Shown here: positions 1-10,268 of the stretch, piece after piece
Position numbering within the stretch: the first letter of the stretch is position 1
Layout of the letters: the number at the start of each line of letters is the position of its first letter
DNA from: Paraphysomonas bandaiensis
Taxonomy: Eukaryota; Protista; Chrysophyceae
DNA length: 30,086 nucleotides
Direction of reading: 5' to 3'
NCBI GenBank assembly: GCA_965644295.1
Contig: CBFFRP010000507.1
Coordinates: forward strand, 1 to 30,086
Notes under the pieces: model-generated
What the model was told of the DNA's origin: nothing
Databases searched by the model: none
The model's input: the letters and a program-made list of their open reading frames with translations, nothing else
Program-made: the position numbers and the translations under genes

Positions 1-15
1 TGGATTGGTTTTTAT

Positions 16-2273
16 ATGTGTGTTGAAACGACGAAAGGATATAAATGGGCATCCTTGGTCAAGGAACATACTTCAGGATCTTTGCTGGCAGCAGTGGTGT
101 CAATACGTGCATTTTTAAAGGGTTATGGTCATGAAGTTAGAGTACTTCGTCTAGATGCGGGTATTGTGGAAAAGGCAGAGACTTTGAGATTGAATTTAAA
201 TGAACTAGGAATTGTAGTAGAGCCGGCAGCCCCGGAAGCACAGTTTCAAGATCCAGCGGAAAGATCAATGCAGACAGTAGAAAAAGGAGTGGCGGCGGTT
301 CTTGTACATCAGTTTCATTTGGGAAATAAGATGTGGCCGACTGCACTTCTTGCGTTTCTCATGGCGTCAAATTGTTGTCCTAATAAGTTGAGTGGAGAAT
401 ATTCTCCGTATTATTGGGTAACTGGTAAGCATCCGGATATTATGAGGTGGTTTAAGTTTTATTGGGGACAGCCAGTGGTGTCAGTGGTATTACGTCAACA
501 GCAGTCTAAATTTACTTTTGCACCGCATGCTGAGTATGGATTCGCCGTAGGATCAACATGTTGTGCGAATGGAGCAACATTGGTGTATATACCAGCTCGG
601 GGGAGTAGAAAATTTTATGTGCGTAGAGATGTGCGAGCGGTAAAGTTGGGATTAGAGGATAGAGTGAGATCCATGAAGGAGATCCAAGAAATGAATCCTA
701 CGATTTCTGAGGATGGTACAATAAATTTTCCGTCAATAAAAGCGGCATCTCAGGACTATGTTGAGTTGTGTGCGGCACCATGGCATCCTAGTCATGAAAT
801 GTTGGACAATGATGCTATTTTGGCTAAAGACCTTGACAGTATGGAAGCGATTTGTAGTGATAAAGTTTCAGGAGTTCAGGAGGGTGTTCAGGAGAGGACG
901 GACAGACACGATCAGGAGGGTGTGGAAGAGCGTTTGGGTTGGTCTAGTACAGCAGGGGATAATGTATTACTGGACTACGATGGAGTACTTGCGAAAAAGC
1001 CAGCGGAGCAACCTTCGACACGTGTTTCTCCTGAATTATGTACGGGTAAGGAGGTGTATCGCAAACGTGGAAGACCACGAAAGGATGCAGAGCATGTTGT
1101 GTTACACGACTCAAATTTGGATGAGTTGTGTATGGCTAAGCGGCTACGTGGAGAGAGACAGCCTGTTCAGCGATATACACCGGTAGTGACGACTGCACAA
1201 CGAAAGCCGAGAGATAGCTCGAGGGATCCGACATTGAATGAGGCTATTAACGGTCTCGAGTGGGATAAGGTGTGGAAACCAGCATGTGAAAAGGAATTGT
1301 CAACTTTAGCAGAGAGAGAAACTGGAGAGCAAGTATTGGCGGAAGATATTCCTCATGGGGCTCCGATTTATCCGACGAAGTTTGTTTTGCATAAGAAAGA
1401 GGATGCTATGGGAAATATGCAGGAAGCAAAAAAGCACGCTTGGTTGTTATCGGAAATTGGATTCAAGGTGTATTCCAGAGTTTATTTGCTCCAACGTCGC
1501 ATGAAAAGTTGTTGAAACTCTTGTTTGCTATAGCTATTATATGTTTAGTTTAATTGTCGTCGGTATCGACATAAAAGGGGCGTTTCTGTATCCAGAGATG
1601 TCTGAGCCCCAGTGTATATTCAGCTTCCATCTCAAATTACAGATAATATTTCAGTGTTTTGGAAACTAAAAAAGACGTTATATGGACTGCCGGAGAGTCC
1701 TTCAGCATTTTATAATGATGTATCAGGGTTTTTACTGCGGTATGGATATACTCGAACGGCAGCGGATCCGTGTATGTTCTATAAACGAAGGGGTTCGAAA
1801 TTAATTATGATGGTGGTGCATGTGGATGATTTTGCAGTGGCAAGTACGGATCAGGAGTTAATTGATGATCTGTTGCGAACGCTAAGGGTGAGATATGCGT
1901 TGAAGGTATCAGAATCTCTTGAGACTTTCCTGGGAATTCACATCGAACATTTGCCGGATGGAACTATGTGTCTGACGCAACCTAAACAGATTGATGAGCT
2001 GGTGAAGGAGTATGGACTTCAGAAGCTGAAATATGCAAATGTGCCTATGTCGTCAAAATTTTCGGATGAAGATCAAGATGACTCACCGCGCTGTGATTAT
2101 ACTCGGTATATGAGGTTGCTCTAGGGAAGTTATTGTTTATTATTAAAACTCGACCAGACATTGCATATGCGGTGAATCGACTGGCTACACGTGCTCAGTG
2201 GTGTACGGAGAAGGATTTTCAGGCTCTGCTTCGTGTTGTAAGTTACCTGGGGGGAACACGAGAAATGGGCATA
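16..2273 (+). pseudogene. pol: Ty1/copia pol fragment (integrase, RT), frameshifted, RNase H missing
   Basis: Integrase core (LRLDAG..PEAQFQDPAERSMQT), then RT motifs PTLNEA, KARLVVIG (frameshift in the A-run ~1430), IDIKGAFLY, LKKTLYGL, DPCMF, VHVDD, FLGIHI, and TRPDIAYAVNRL after another frameshift ~2120. Integrase-before-RT order indicates copia. Ends abruptly at TREMGI. Confidence 0.92.
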
Positions 2274-2889
2274 TAGTCACTTTGCTTACGCATATACTGC
2301 ATCAAGTTTTCTAGAGTGAGCTCTGTCTTTGCATCGGCTTCTGCAGGCTCCATGACTCTTAAAACAGTTCAAAGGGCTCAATAACACAATAAATGTATAA
2401 TATATTGTTCTTATCAACAGAGTAATATTACTGTAGTTGTTCTTAAGAACAACGTATGCTCAAGCAAAACAGAAACTGATCTATAACGTTTTAAAAAAGA
2501 TTTTAAGTGCACGCCAGCGGGCTGCTACACTGTTAAGCTCACCAGCGGGTGATGCTCCTCAACTCAAACGCAAACCGCGAAAGAATTTATATAAATCGTT
2601 ATTTAAAACGTGTAATAGAAAAGTGAGTAACATGCTATACAACTCTACAGTAACACACACATACAACATCATGTTCAGCATTTCACTTCAGCACACAACA
2701 CACCAGATCAGAAGTATTTTATCCGGTACGTATGTACAGCCTCAACACTCCGTGTATACACTGAAAGAGTAGAAACTGAATATGTAACTGAAAACTGAAA
2801 ATACAAAAACACTCTGTACGTGTTAGAGAGTACAACAGAAGAGTAACATATAATACTACTACCAACGCAGAAAATACCAGTGCTGGTGG
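2274..2889 (-). mobile_element. 5' fragment of a gypsy element related to family B (B'): LTR 2432-~2889, palindrome 2421-2432, gag start at 2353
   Basis: 2432-2880 aligns by eye with the B LTR (shared gtgcacgccagcgggctgctacactgttaag, catcatgttcagcatttcactt, ctctgtacgtgttagagagtacaacagaagagtaacata). The minus strand then reads GTAATATTACT and, from 2353, MEPAEADAKTELTLENLMQYMRKQ before hitting the copia. The outer LTR terminus is lost in the junction. Confidence 0.8.
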
Positions 2890-2955
2890 ATGCAGACATC
2901 GCCAAGAGGTATCCCCGCATAGTTGAATAGCATAACAGAGAGGGGGAGGGGGCAG
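2880..2955 (+). pseudogene. Last pol codons plus PPT of an upstream family A copy
   Basis: Matches 9362-9439 (VLVDADIAKRYPRIVE*, then purine tract and CAG) with two synonymous changes and a 2-nt indel. Confidence 0.9.
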
Positions 2956-3784
2956 TGTAACGCCGAGGCGTCAAACTAATCACATACCACAAAAGACCAG
3001 TGAGGTTAATATGCTACAAGGGGGGCTCTAGTGGACTGTGTGTGTATGTACAGTCTGCATCTTATCTTCGGATGAAGACACACTTCACTCTCGGATTACA
3101 AGTGCCGCTGTTTTTGCTGTATGGGCAATGGAGAGATCTGATTGGTGTACTCGGGTTATACTGTTTTGTATACTGTATGGAATACAGGCTGTATTGTCTA
3201 TATGTATATGCTGTATAACGGTGCTGGAATACGGACTGTACTTGGTGGTGATGTGTTTGCAGAGTGTGTTGTGTGACACGAGGTACATAAGTACGCAATG
3301 ATGCAGTTATAGGTACATGTAGGGACTATCACTATACAGCTGCTGTATTATGTATTACTGCTGAACGCTGATTGGCTAGTCACTGCATTTTTGGTCTGTG
3401 GCTGTTGAGTTGGTTTAAGGCTCTTCCTATAGGCCTCTACGTGAATCTTCCAGAAGGTGGATATCTCCACAAAATTGGCGAAATGTTGCTGAATTTTCTG
3501 CAGAATATTGTTCTTTGTTCTCTGCTGTGTTTCTAGATAGTTCATAGAATGTAAATGGTTCTGTATGAGTTGTTTGTGTTCTATGTGCTGTCATTATTAT
3601 GTTACTAGCCTTGCCTATTAACACGTTTGAGGAGGTGTCTTCAGATAAGTGCTTGAGGGTGCTCAGGCAGTTGCAGGGCATAGTAATAAGCATATTTATC
3701 TCTACATTAGCTATTTTCTTGTTACATTCGCACATTCATTTCATATACATAGCTGCACCCGGTGTGATACCCCGGGTTTGGTCA
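2956..3784 (+). repeat. Family A LTR (upstream copy)
   Basis: Direct repeat of 9440-10268 with about six transitions seen by eye; TG...CA termini. Identity runs 2 nt (AA) further, so the right end is ambiguous by 2 nt. Confidence 0.92.
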
Positions 3785-3798
3785 AAGTAAATTTACTT
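3785..3798 (+). promoter_or_regulatory. Palindrome AAGTAAATTTACTT at the primer-binding-site position (A)
   Basis: Perfect 14-nt palindrome directly after the LTR CA; no TGG-type tRNA PBS. Function is inferred. Confidence 0.7.
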
Positions 3799-3883
3799 CC
3801 GAAAGCAGCGAACAAATCTGCAGATTTAGAATTTGCATTAAAAGAACATTCATTATTATAATAATTTAGCATTGAATAACGAC

Positions 3884-5431
3884 ATGGAATCTGCCAACTT
3901 GGAGGATATACTACGAACGATCATGCAACAATTGCAACAGCAACAGCAGGATACGCATGAAATAAGGCAAGACATTCAAGAAATGAAACTGAGTATGCCT
4001 AGAAAACTTGAGCAAGTTGACCAGCGAGTGGATGCGTTGATAGAGGAAAAGCAAAAGAGCGATCAGAAAGTGGAGACTGTGCTGGAAAACATCAATGCCA
4101 GGCTGGAAACTATGGAAACCAGAACTGCTATCCTGGAAGGGGAGAAAGAATTAACGGAGCAGCAGGACAGGGCAATTACCCACCCGAGCGCATCTAGAGA
4201 ACGCAAGACTATTTTCATGAAAGAGGTTGAGGAGACTACACATCTGGCGGAGAGAAGGCAAGTAGTTGTGCAAATGCCTACTCCCTCTCATTCGCATATA
4301 TTCCTAAATTCAATGGACCTGGCGGACTATGCTCAATTTGTGACCAAGTGGTTTGACTGGCAGGTCAAGTATGGGGTGAGACTAGAGCCGGCCCTCATTG
4401 TTTCCCAAAGCATCCGAAATCTACTAATTTTCAATAATGACATGACGGAATCTCAGTTTCAAGAACTCTCACCTGAACAATTTTGCAAGTTGATGGCGAA
4501 AGAAACTCAAGTACTGTCCAAGCTCGAGTTTTCCAACACATTGAGGCATGCCCTAAGAGACATCAAAAGGTTAAACTGGGAAAGAGTTAGACCGAATACT
4601 CACGAGAGGTTCTTCCAAGGCATTCTGAGGCGTAGAGACATATACTTAAGGACCTTCAGGATTATTATGGAGAACAATAGCCAGTATTGCCCAGACCTGG
4701 AAGGCAAAGACTTCGGTTTAGCACAAATATTTCTAAATTTGATTGATGATACTTACAACAAAACTGTCTTGGCCGAAATACCCAAGGTCAAGGCAGGAAA
4801 CTACTCCAAAGTTGAAGAGTTCCTGGAAGCTTATGTTAAGAAGGCTAAGGAGCACTATGACACGTCGAAGCGTATTAGACTGGTGCCATACAGTGGTGAG
4901 GACTATAGCATGAAAAGTCATGACATGCGCAAGAACAAGCCTTACTCTTCACAGGAAGACAAGTACAAAGGACATGAGACAAAAACGTACCCGATGACCA
5001 GTGGGGAAGCTAAGCCTTTGCACCAGATAAATGACTTCAGTGATGATGAAGATCAGGAGCCACGGGAATCCAGAAATGCAGAGCCAGACTCAGATGACGA
5101 CTCTGACTATGAGGAAGACCCAAAGAGCACTGCAGAAGGTCATGACACGAATCAGCGCTACGAGGACAAAGTGGACCACCAGACAGCAAGAGATCAGGAC
5201 ACAGACTACAGAAGGCTACAAGCCATAGAGGCATCTGCTACTGGGTTGGGATGTGTCAATTTCGCCTTGTATGGGAAGTGCTTTCGAGGAGACCAGTGCA
5301 AATATGCTGGAAGTCACAATGAGAAGTGTGCAAAGGACTGCAGACAGTGGATGATGAAGAAGTTGGCGACGATGGAAAGAGATGGTCCGGGACCTCCTAA
5401 GATAATGAAGCGTGATCCAACGAAATCTTGA
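3884..5431 (+). CDS. gag: Gag (family A), N-terminal coiled coil and C-terminal CCCH zinc finger
   Basis: Long ORF between LTR and pol; first ATG at 3884; C-x8-C-x5-C-x5-H at 5252-5317; visibly homologous to the family C gag (e.g. CPDLEGKDFGLAQIF vs CPRIDDKEYGLIRLF). Confidence 0.88.
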   Translation: MESANLEDILRTIMQQLQQQQQDTHEIRQDIQEMKLSMPRKLEQVDQRVDALIEEKQKSDQKVETVLENINARLETMETRTAILEGEKELTEQQDRAITHPSASRERKTIFMKEVEETTHLAERRQVVVQMPTPSHSHIFLNSMDLADYAQFVTKWFDWQVKYGVRLEPALIVSQSIRNLLIFNNDMTESQFQELSPEQFCKLMAKETQVLSKLEFSNTLRHALRDIKRLNWERVRPNTHERFFQGILRRRDIYLRTFRIIMENNSQYCPDLEGKDFGLAQIFLNLIDDTYNKTVLAEIPKVKAGNYSKVEEFLEAYVKKAKEHYDTSKRIRLVPYSGEDYSMKSHDMRKNKPYSSQEDKYKGHETKTYPMTSGEAKPLHQINDFSDDEDQEPRESRNAEPDSDDDSDYEEDPKSTAEGHDTNQRYEDKVDHQTARDQDTDYRRLQAIEASATGLGCVNFALYGKCFRGDQCKYAGSHNEKCAKDCRQWMMKKLATMERDGPGPPKIMKRDPTKS

Positions 5432-8400
5432 CTACTGCAGGGTCTTTCTGGGCCCTCTGTTGTCAGTGAAACAATAAGCTCACACAGCAGGAAGGCTTGC
5501 AGAAAGGCCCTGGAGCGAAGTTTCCTGCAGGCATGCGGCATAGGCAGGAGACTATGGACTGCCGCACACACTAAAGCGAGGATTGAAGTAGTAGATAGAA
5601 AGAATATGGAAATGAGAAGAGACGTAGAGACATCAGTACTGTTCGACACGGGAGCCCTCTGTTCGAACTACATCAGCATAAGGAAGTTTAGAGATATCGA
5701 GAAACACATGCATACTAAGGACATAATACACAAGAGAACAAAAGTCGGATTAGCAGACAATAAGACAGTGGCATGGAGTGACATCATGGTGAGACTTACC
5801 TTGAAGTTCGAGGATCGTGGTTCACCGAGCGCGGTTTCATGCAAATACTCTGGAGAATTTATTGTGTTGGACATGAAAGATAATGAGATCATAATTGGGT
5901 TACCTGCGATACTAGGGGACTTGTGGGACTTCTTTTGCTACAGTCTAAAAGGCAATGCAGAAAGAAAGATTAGAACGAGCGTGCCAGATGCGGAGGAGGA
6001 GATGTTGCAGTTCTTGGCATCCATGGATAACGTAGTGCATCCCTGGTCAAATAGTATGGAGGGAGAGCCACCTGAAGAAGAAATGTCTCCGTTGCCAGTA
6101 CAGTTTGGTGAGGTGATCAAGTTTTTGGGAAAAAGCAGAGAAGAAGCCATTCAGGAATTCAAGGATTTGATGCCCGAGCATATAGCTGAAGATTTTGACA
6201 AAGCAACACCTGTTCGAGAACTGTTACTAAATGAAGGTTTGAAAGTTTTTGTACCAGAGACATGGACTGGTATCAGAGGTGTTGAACCATTAAAACTCAC
6301 CTTCAAAGACACTTTACCTCAGCGACTCAAGCCTAAAGCCAGACCCATAAACCCAAGACTCTGGGAGGCAGCAGAAAAGGAATTTTTGAGACTGCGTGGA
6401 TACATGTACGAGAAGAGTAGATCACCATGGGCGTCTTGCTTGGTTGTTGCTCCCAAGGCTACGAAGCCATTCATCAGGTTCTGTGGTGATTACGTAGAGA
6501 TCAACAGGCATATTCACATCGGTAACTACACTATACCTAATATTAGGCACCAGTTGGATCGTATCATGGGGTACAAGGTATTTTTAGACATAGATCTCAC
6601 AAATGCCTTCCACCAAATCCCATTACATGAAGAGACGGCGGAGAAGCTATCCATTCAAACTCCTTGGGGTCAATATCAACCACGATTCATGCCTGAGGGA
6701 ATAGGTCCTGCTACTGGCGTTTTACAAGAGACTGTCAATGCATTGTTTTCAGACTTACCGTGGGCCATAGTGATATTCGACAACATTTTGCTTCTGGCGA
6801 CGGATTACCAAGAGGCATATGAGAGACTGAAAATCTTCATTGAGAGATGTATACAACACAACGTTATTCTCAAGTTTGCAAAGAGCTGGCTAGGTTTTGG
6901 AGAAGTCAAGTTCTTTGGCTATAGATGTAAGCACCAGAGCTTTGAGTTGACAGAGGATAGAAAGGCTGCATTACTTGAGATACCTTTTCCAGAATCCGGG
7001 AACAGATCCAAGAAAATCAGATCATTATTAGGATGTGGAGTTTTCTTTGCGCCTTTTGTGAAAAATTACAGTGAGAAAGTTAGACATTTGACAGATCTTA
7101 CGAAACCTGAATTCGACTGGACAGATGAGTCAAAGTGGGAGCACGACTATAGACAGGAATTCGAAGATTTCAAGAAGGATTTGCAAGAGGCATGTGCACT
7201 TCATTACCCAGATTACGAGCTGCCATGGGTGATAAGAACTGATGCGAGTGAGATAGGTGTTGGCGGAGTCCTCATTCAAATCAAGACACATGCAGACGGT
7301 TCAAAGGAGGAGCAAATTATAGCGCTGATCTCCAAAAGATTCTCTAAGCAAGCACAGAAGTGGGATACTATTGAGCAGGAGGGATTTGCAATCTACTATG
7401 TGGTCAAGAGACTGGCGTATTATCTAATCGGGAAGGAGTTTTTGTTGGAGACGGATCATAACAACCTGAGATGGATAGAAGCGTCAGAAGTACCCAAGAT
7501 TATACGATGGAGAATTTACCTGCAGTCATTTGTGTTTAAGGTGAGACATATCCCTGGAAAAGAAAATGTACTGGCCGATACACTCTCCAGACTCCATCTA
7601 TGTGTTGCTGAAGAGGACGAGCATGAAGATTGTCATACAGCGGAAGGGCTATGCCACCTGTGTAATGAAGATGACGAATTTGAGGAGGAGGAGTTGGAAT
7701 ATGAACAGCGCATGAGTACCTTATGCAATATGTTTGATGAGGAAGAGGTGCTAGGAGAGGAGATCAAACCCACTCCTAACCATTTGCAGCTCACACCAGC
7801 GGAGTGTTTAGATCAGGTTCACAATGCCCAAGTCGGACACTGGGGAGAGCGCGAGACCTGGAGGAGACTGAACAGGGATTTCCCTGGGCATGGCATATCC
7901 CAGCGACAAGTTAAGGACTATATAGACCGATGCGCAAATTGCCAGAAGTCCAGGAGGGAGATGAAAACTCGGCTGATCCCTGTGCAGAGACACTTGAAAC
8001 CTCCATCACACAGGACCGCAATTGGTATAGATGCATTAGCCATTACACCCCACGGCCGCAATGGAGAGACACACATTAACGTCATTGTGAATTTGTTTAC
8101 GGAGCTAGCGTTTTTGAACCCAGTGAAAGGATGCTCAGCAAAGACCCTGGCGGATTCAGTCTGGAAGTATTGGGCGAATTTCGGTTTTACTGACATGATC
8201 ATATCTGATTTGGGACCAGATTTAAATTCAGCGTTATTCAAGGAATTGACCGATCTGGTGGGAGTTCGGCATGTTTTCAGCATTGCGAACAAACATGTCA
8301 ATGGTTGCGAGCGGGTGAATAAGGAAGTGGGACGACACTTGCGAGCATTGGTATATGACACCAGAGAGAAGGATGTTTTTGACGACCCAACCTTCATCCC

Positions 8401-9412
8401 CAGTGTTCAAATTATTCTTAACACACACAGATCAGCAGAGACAAACTACACTCCATTTGAGCTGACTTTTGGGACACCAGACTCCGTGTATAGTGATCTC
8501 GCGAAGAAATTCGAGCGCGTCCCTGAGCATCTATACCTCCAGAAGATGCACGAGAACCTTCACCAGTTACGCAACGCATCTAGACAATACCAAGAGACTC
8601 TGATCAAGAAGAGAGTGGAGGGTCCTAACCAGAGGATGGGTCCCCAGAACAAATTCCAGAAAGGGGATCTGGTCTTGTACGACCCAGGAGTGAGACCGGT
8701 GCCGAAGCTGTCTACAAAACGCAAGGGACCTTTCGAGGTAGTTCACCAGTACAAGAATGACGTAGACTGCAGAAATGTATTAACAGGGGCTATTCACAAA
8801 TATTCTGTAACTGACCTAGAGTACTTTGTGGGTTCAAAGGAGGATGCCGTGGAAGCTGCCATCCGAGATCAAGAGCAATTCAGAGTCAAGGTGATTCATG
8901 GGTACAAGGGAGATTCCAACCACCGTACTAGCATGACATTCATTGTGGAGTATGCAGATGGGGACATACTGGAAGTACCATGGAGTAGAGATCTATTCGA
9001 TTGTCAGGCATATGAAGATTTCTGTAAATCTAGGAAGTACTTACATCACCTCATCCTGGATCAGAATCAGGTCACTCCTTTCAAGACTCAGCTCAGGAGG
9101 GCAGACGTCACAGCAGTGCAAGTAGGTGATAGAGTGTATGTGGATCTTCGTTTCTTTGGGGATCAGTGGTATCAGAGCTTGGACCTTCCAGACTTTTCTA
9201 CAAAATCGTATGTGGTGGTCTTCGAATATACACATTGGTACCACAGGACATCTAAAAAGAAGATTAGTGCTCGTTTTCTGCTTAATGGTGCTACTTACGC
9301 CCTCGATAATTATCTTGTGTTTGCGTGGGGCTCCGTCAAGACCTTCGATGAGACCTACATGGTGCTCGTGGATGCAGACATCGCCAAGAGGTATCCCCGC
9401 ATTGTTGAATAG
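5432..9412 (+). CDS. pol: Pol (family A): protease, RT, RNase H, integrase, chromodomain-like, extra C-terminal domain; in frame with gag
   Basis: LFDTGA protease; RFCGDY, DIDLTNAFHQ, MPEG, IFDN (RT); TDAS, EQE, TDH, ADTLSR (RNase H); HHCC, D..D..E, GPF (integrase). The frame is open from the gag TGA onward. Confidence 0.95.
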   Translation, partial: LLQGLSGPSVVSETISSHSRKACRKALERSFLQACGIGRRLWTAAHTKARIEVVDRKNMEMRRDVETSVLFDTGALCSNYISIRKFRDIEKHMHTKDIIHKRTKVGLADNKTVAWSDIMVRLTLKFEDRGSPSAVSCKYSGEFIVLDMKDNEIIIGLPAILGDLWDFFCYSLKGNAERKIRTSVPDAEEEMLQFLASMDNVVHPWSNSMEGEPPEEEMSPLPVQFGEVIKFLGKSREEAIQEFKDLMPEHIAEDFDKATPVRELLLNEGLKVFVPETWTGIRGVEPLKLTFKDTLPQRLKPKARPINPRLWEAAEKEFLRLRGYMYEKSRSPWASCLVVAPKATKPFIRFCGDYVEINRHIHIGNYTIPNIRHQLDRIMGYKVFLDIDLTNAFHQIPLHEETAEKLSIQTPWGQYQPRFMPEGIGPATGVLQETVNALFSDLPWAIVIFDNILLLATDYQEAYERLKIFIERCIQHNVILKFAKSWLGFGEVKFFGYRCKHQSFELTEDRKAALLEIPFPESGNRSKKIRSLLGCGVFFAPFVKNYSEKVRHLTDLTKPEFDWTDESKWEHDYRQEFEDFKKDLQEACALHYPDYELPWVIRTDASEIGVGGVLIQIKTHADGSKEEQIIALISKRFSKQAQKWDTIEQEGFAIYYVVKRLAYYLIGKEFLLETDHNNLRWIEASEVPKIIRWRIYLQSFVFKVRHIPGKENVLADTLSRLHLCVAEEDEHEDCHTAEGLCHLCNEDDEFEEEELEYEQRMSTLCNMFDEEEVLGEEIKPTPNHLQLTPAECLDQVHNAQVGHWGERETWRRLNRDFPGHGISQRQVKDYIDRCANCQKSRREMKTRLIPVQRHLKPPSHRTAIGIDALAITPHGRNGETHINVIVNLFTELAFLNPVKGCSAKTLADSVWKYWANFGFTDMIISDLGPDLNSALFKELTDLVGVRHVFSIANKHVNGCERVNKEVGRHLRALVYDTREKDVFDDPTFIPSVQIILNTHRSAETNYTPFELTFGTPDSVYSDLAKKFERVPEHLYLQKMHENLHQLRNASRQYQETLIKKRVEGPNQRMGPQNKFQKGDLVLYDPGVRPVPKLSTKRKGPFEVVHQYKNDVDCRNVLTGAIHKYSVTDLEYFVGSKEDAVEAAIRDQEQFRVKVIHGYKGDSNHRTSMTFIVEYADGDILEVPWSRDLFDCQAYEDFCKSRKYLHHLILDQNQVTPFKTQLRRADVTAVQVGDRVYVDLRFFGDQWYQSLDLPDFSTKSYVVVFEYTHWYHRTSKKKISARFLLNGATYALDNYLVFAWGSVKTFDETYMVLVDADIAKRYPRIVE

Positions 9413-9418
9413 CATAAC

Positions 9419-9436
9419 AGAAAGAGGGGGAGGGGG
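9419..9436 (+). promoter_or_regulatory. Polypurine tract (A)
   Basis: AGAAAGAGGGGGAGGGGG then CAG immediately before the 3' LTR. Confidence 0.9.
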
Positions 9437-9439
9437 CAG

Positions 9440-10268
9440 TGTAACGCCGAGGCGTCAAACTAATCACATACCACAAAAGACCAGTGAGGTTAATATGCTA
9501 CAAGGGGGGCTCTAGTGGATTGTGTGTGTATGTACAGCCTGCATCTTATCTTCGGATGAAGACACACTTCACTCTCGGATTACAAGTGCCGCTGTTTTTG
9601 CTGTATGGGCAATGGAGAGATCTGATTGGTGTACTCGGGTTATACTGTTTTGTATACTGTATGGAATACAGGCTGTATTGTCTATATGTATATGCTGTAT
9701 AACGGTGCTGGAATACGGACTGTACTTGGTGGTGATGTGTTTGCAGAGTGTGTTGTGTGACACGAGGTACATAAGTACGCAATGATGCAGTTATAGGTAC
9801 ATGTAGGGACTATCATTATACAGCTGCTGTATTATGTATTACTGCTGAACGCTGATTGGCTAGTCACTGCATTTTTGGTCTGTGGCTGTTGAGTTGGTTT
9901 AAGGCTCTTCTTATAGGCCTCTACGTGAATCTTCCAGAAGGTGAATATCTCCACAAAATTGGCGAAATGTTGCTGAATTTTCTGCAGAATATTGTTCTTT
10001 GTTCTCTGCTGTGTTTCTAGATAGTTCATAGAATGTAAATGGTTCTGTATGAGTTGTTTGTGTTCTATGTGCTGTCATTATTATGTTACTAGCCTTGCCT
10101 ATTAACACGTTTGAGGAGGTGTCTTCAAATAAGTGCTTGAGGGTGCTCAGGCAGTTGCAGGGCATAGTAATAAGCATATTTATCTCTACATTAGCTATTT
10201 TCTTGTTACATTCGCACATTCATTTCATATACATAGCTGCACCCGGTGTGATACCCCGGGTTTGGTCA
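9440..10268 (+). repeat. Family A 3' LTR
   Basis: Direct repeat of 2956-3784; abuts the broken copia RT. Confidence 0.92.

Larger units (their letters stand above)
2956..10268 (+). mobile_element. Ty3/gypsy LTR retrotransposon, family A, apparently intact
   Basis: Two ~829 bp direct repeats (TGTAAC...GGTCA) flank gag and a PR-RT-RH-IN pol; PPT precedes the 3' LTR; no TSD visible. Confidence 0.95.

Noticed and set aside
3721-3726. GTTACA as the LTR A end (perfect inverse of TGTAAC)
   Set aside because: Both repeat copies stay identical for ~60 nt beyond it, and the hairpin-plus-palindrome layout matches the other families only with the end at ~3784.
2956-3798. Tf1-type self-priming via an LTR sequence complementary to the PBS
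   Set aside because: By eye I found no match of about 9 nt or more to the post-LTR sequence within LTRs A, B or C. This is not excluded computationally.
3000-3861. Short ORFs within LTRs (duplicated at 9484-10348; also 20994-21534 and 23801-24676)
   Set aside because: They overlap on both strands, have no motifs, and recur only because the LTRs are repeated.
5429-5431. UGA reassigned to Trp in the host genetic code
   Set aside because: The long pol and gag ORFs contain many Trp codons but no other in-frame TGA; the TGA occurs only at the gag/pol junction.
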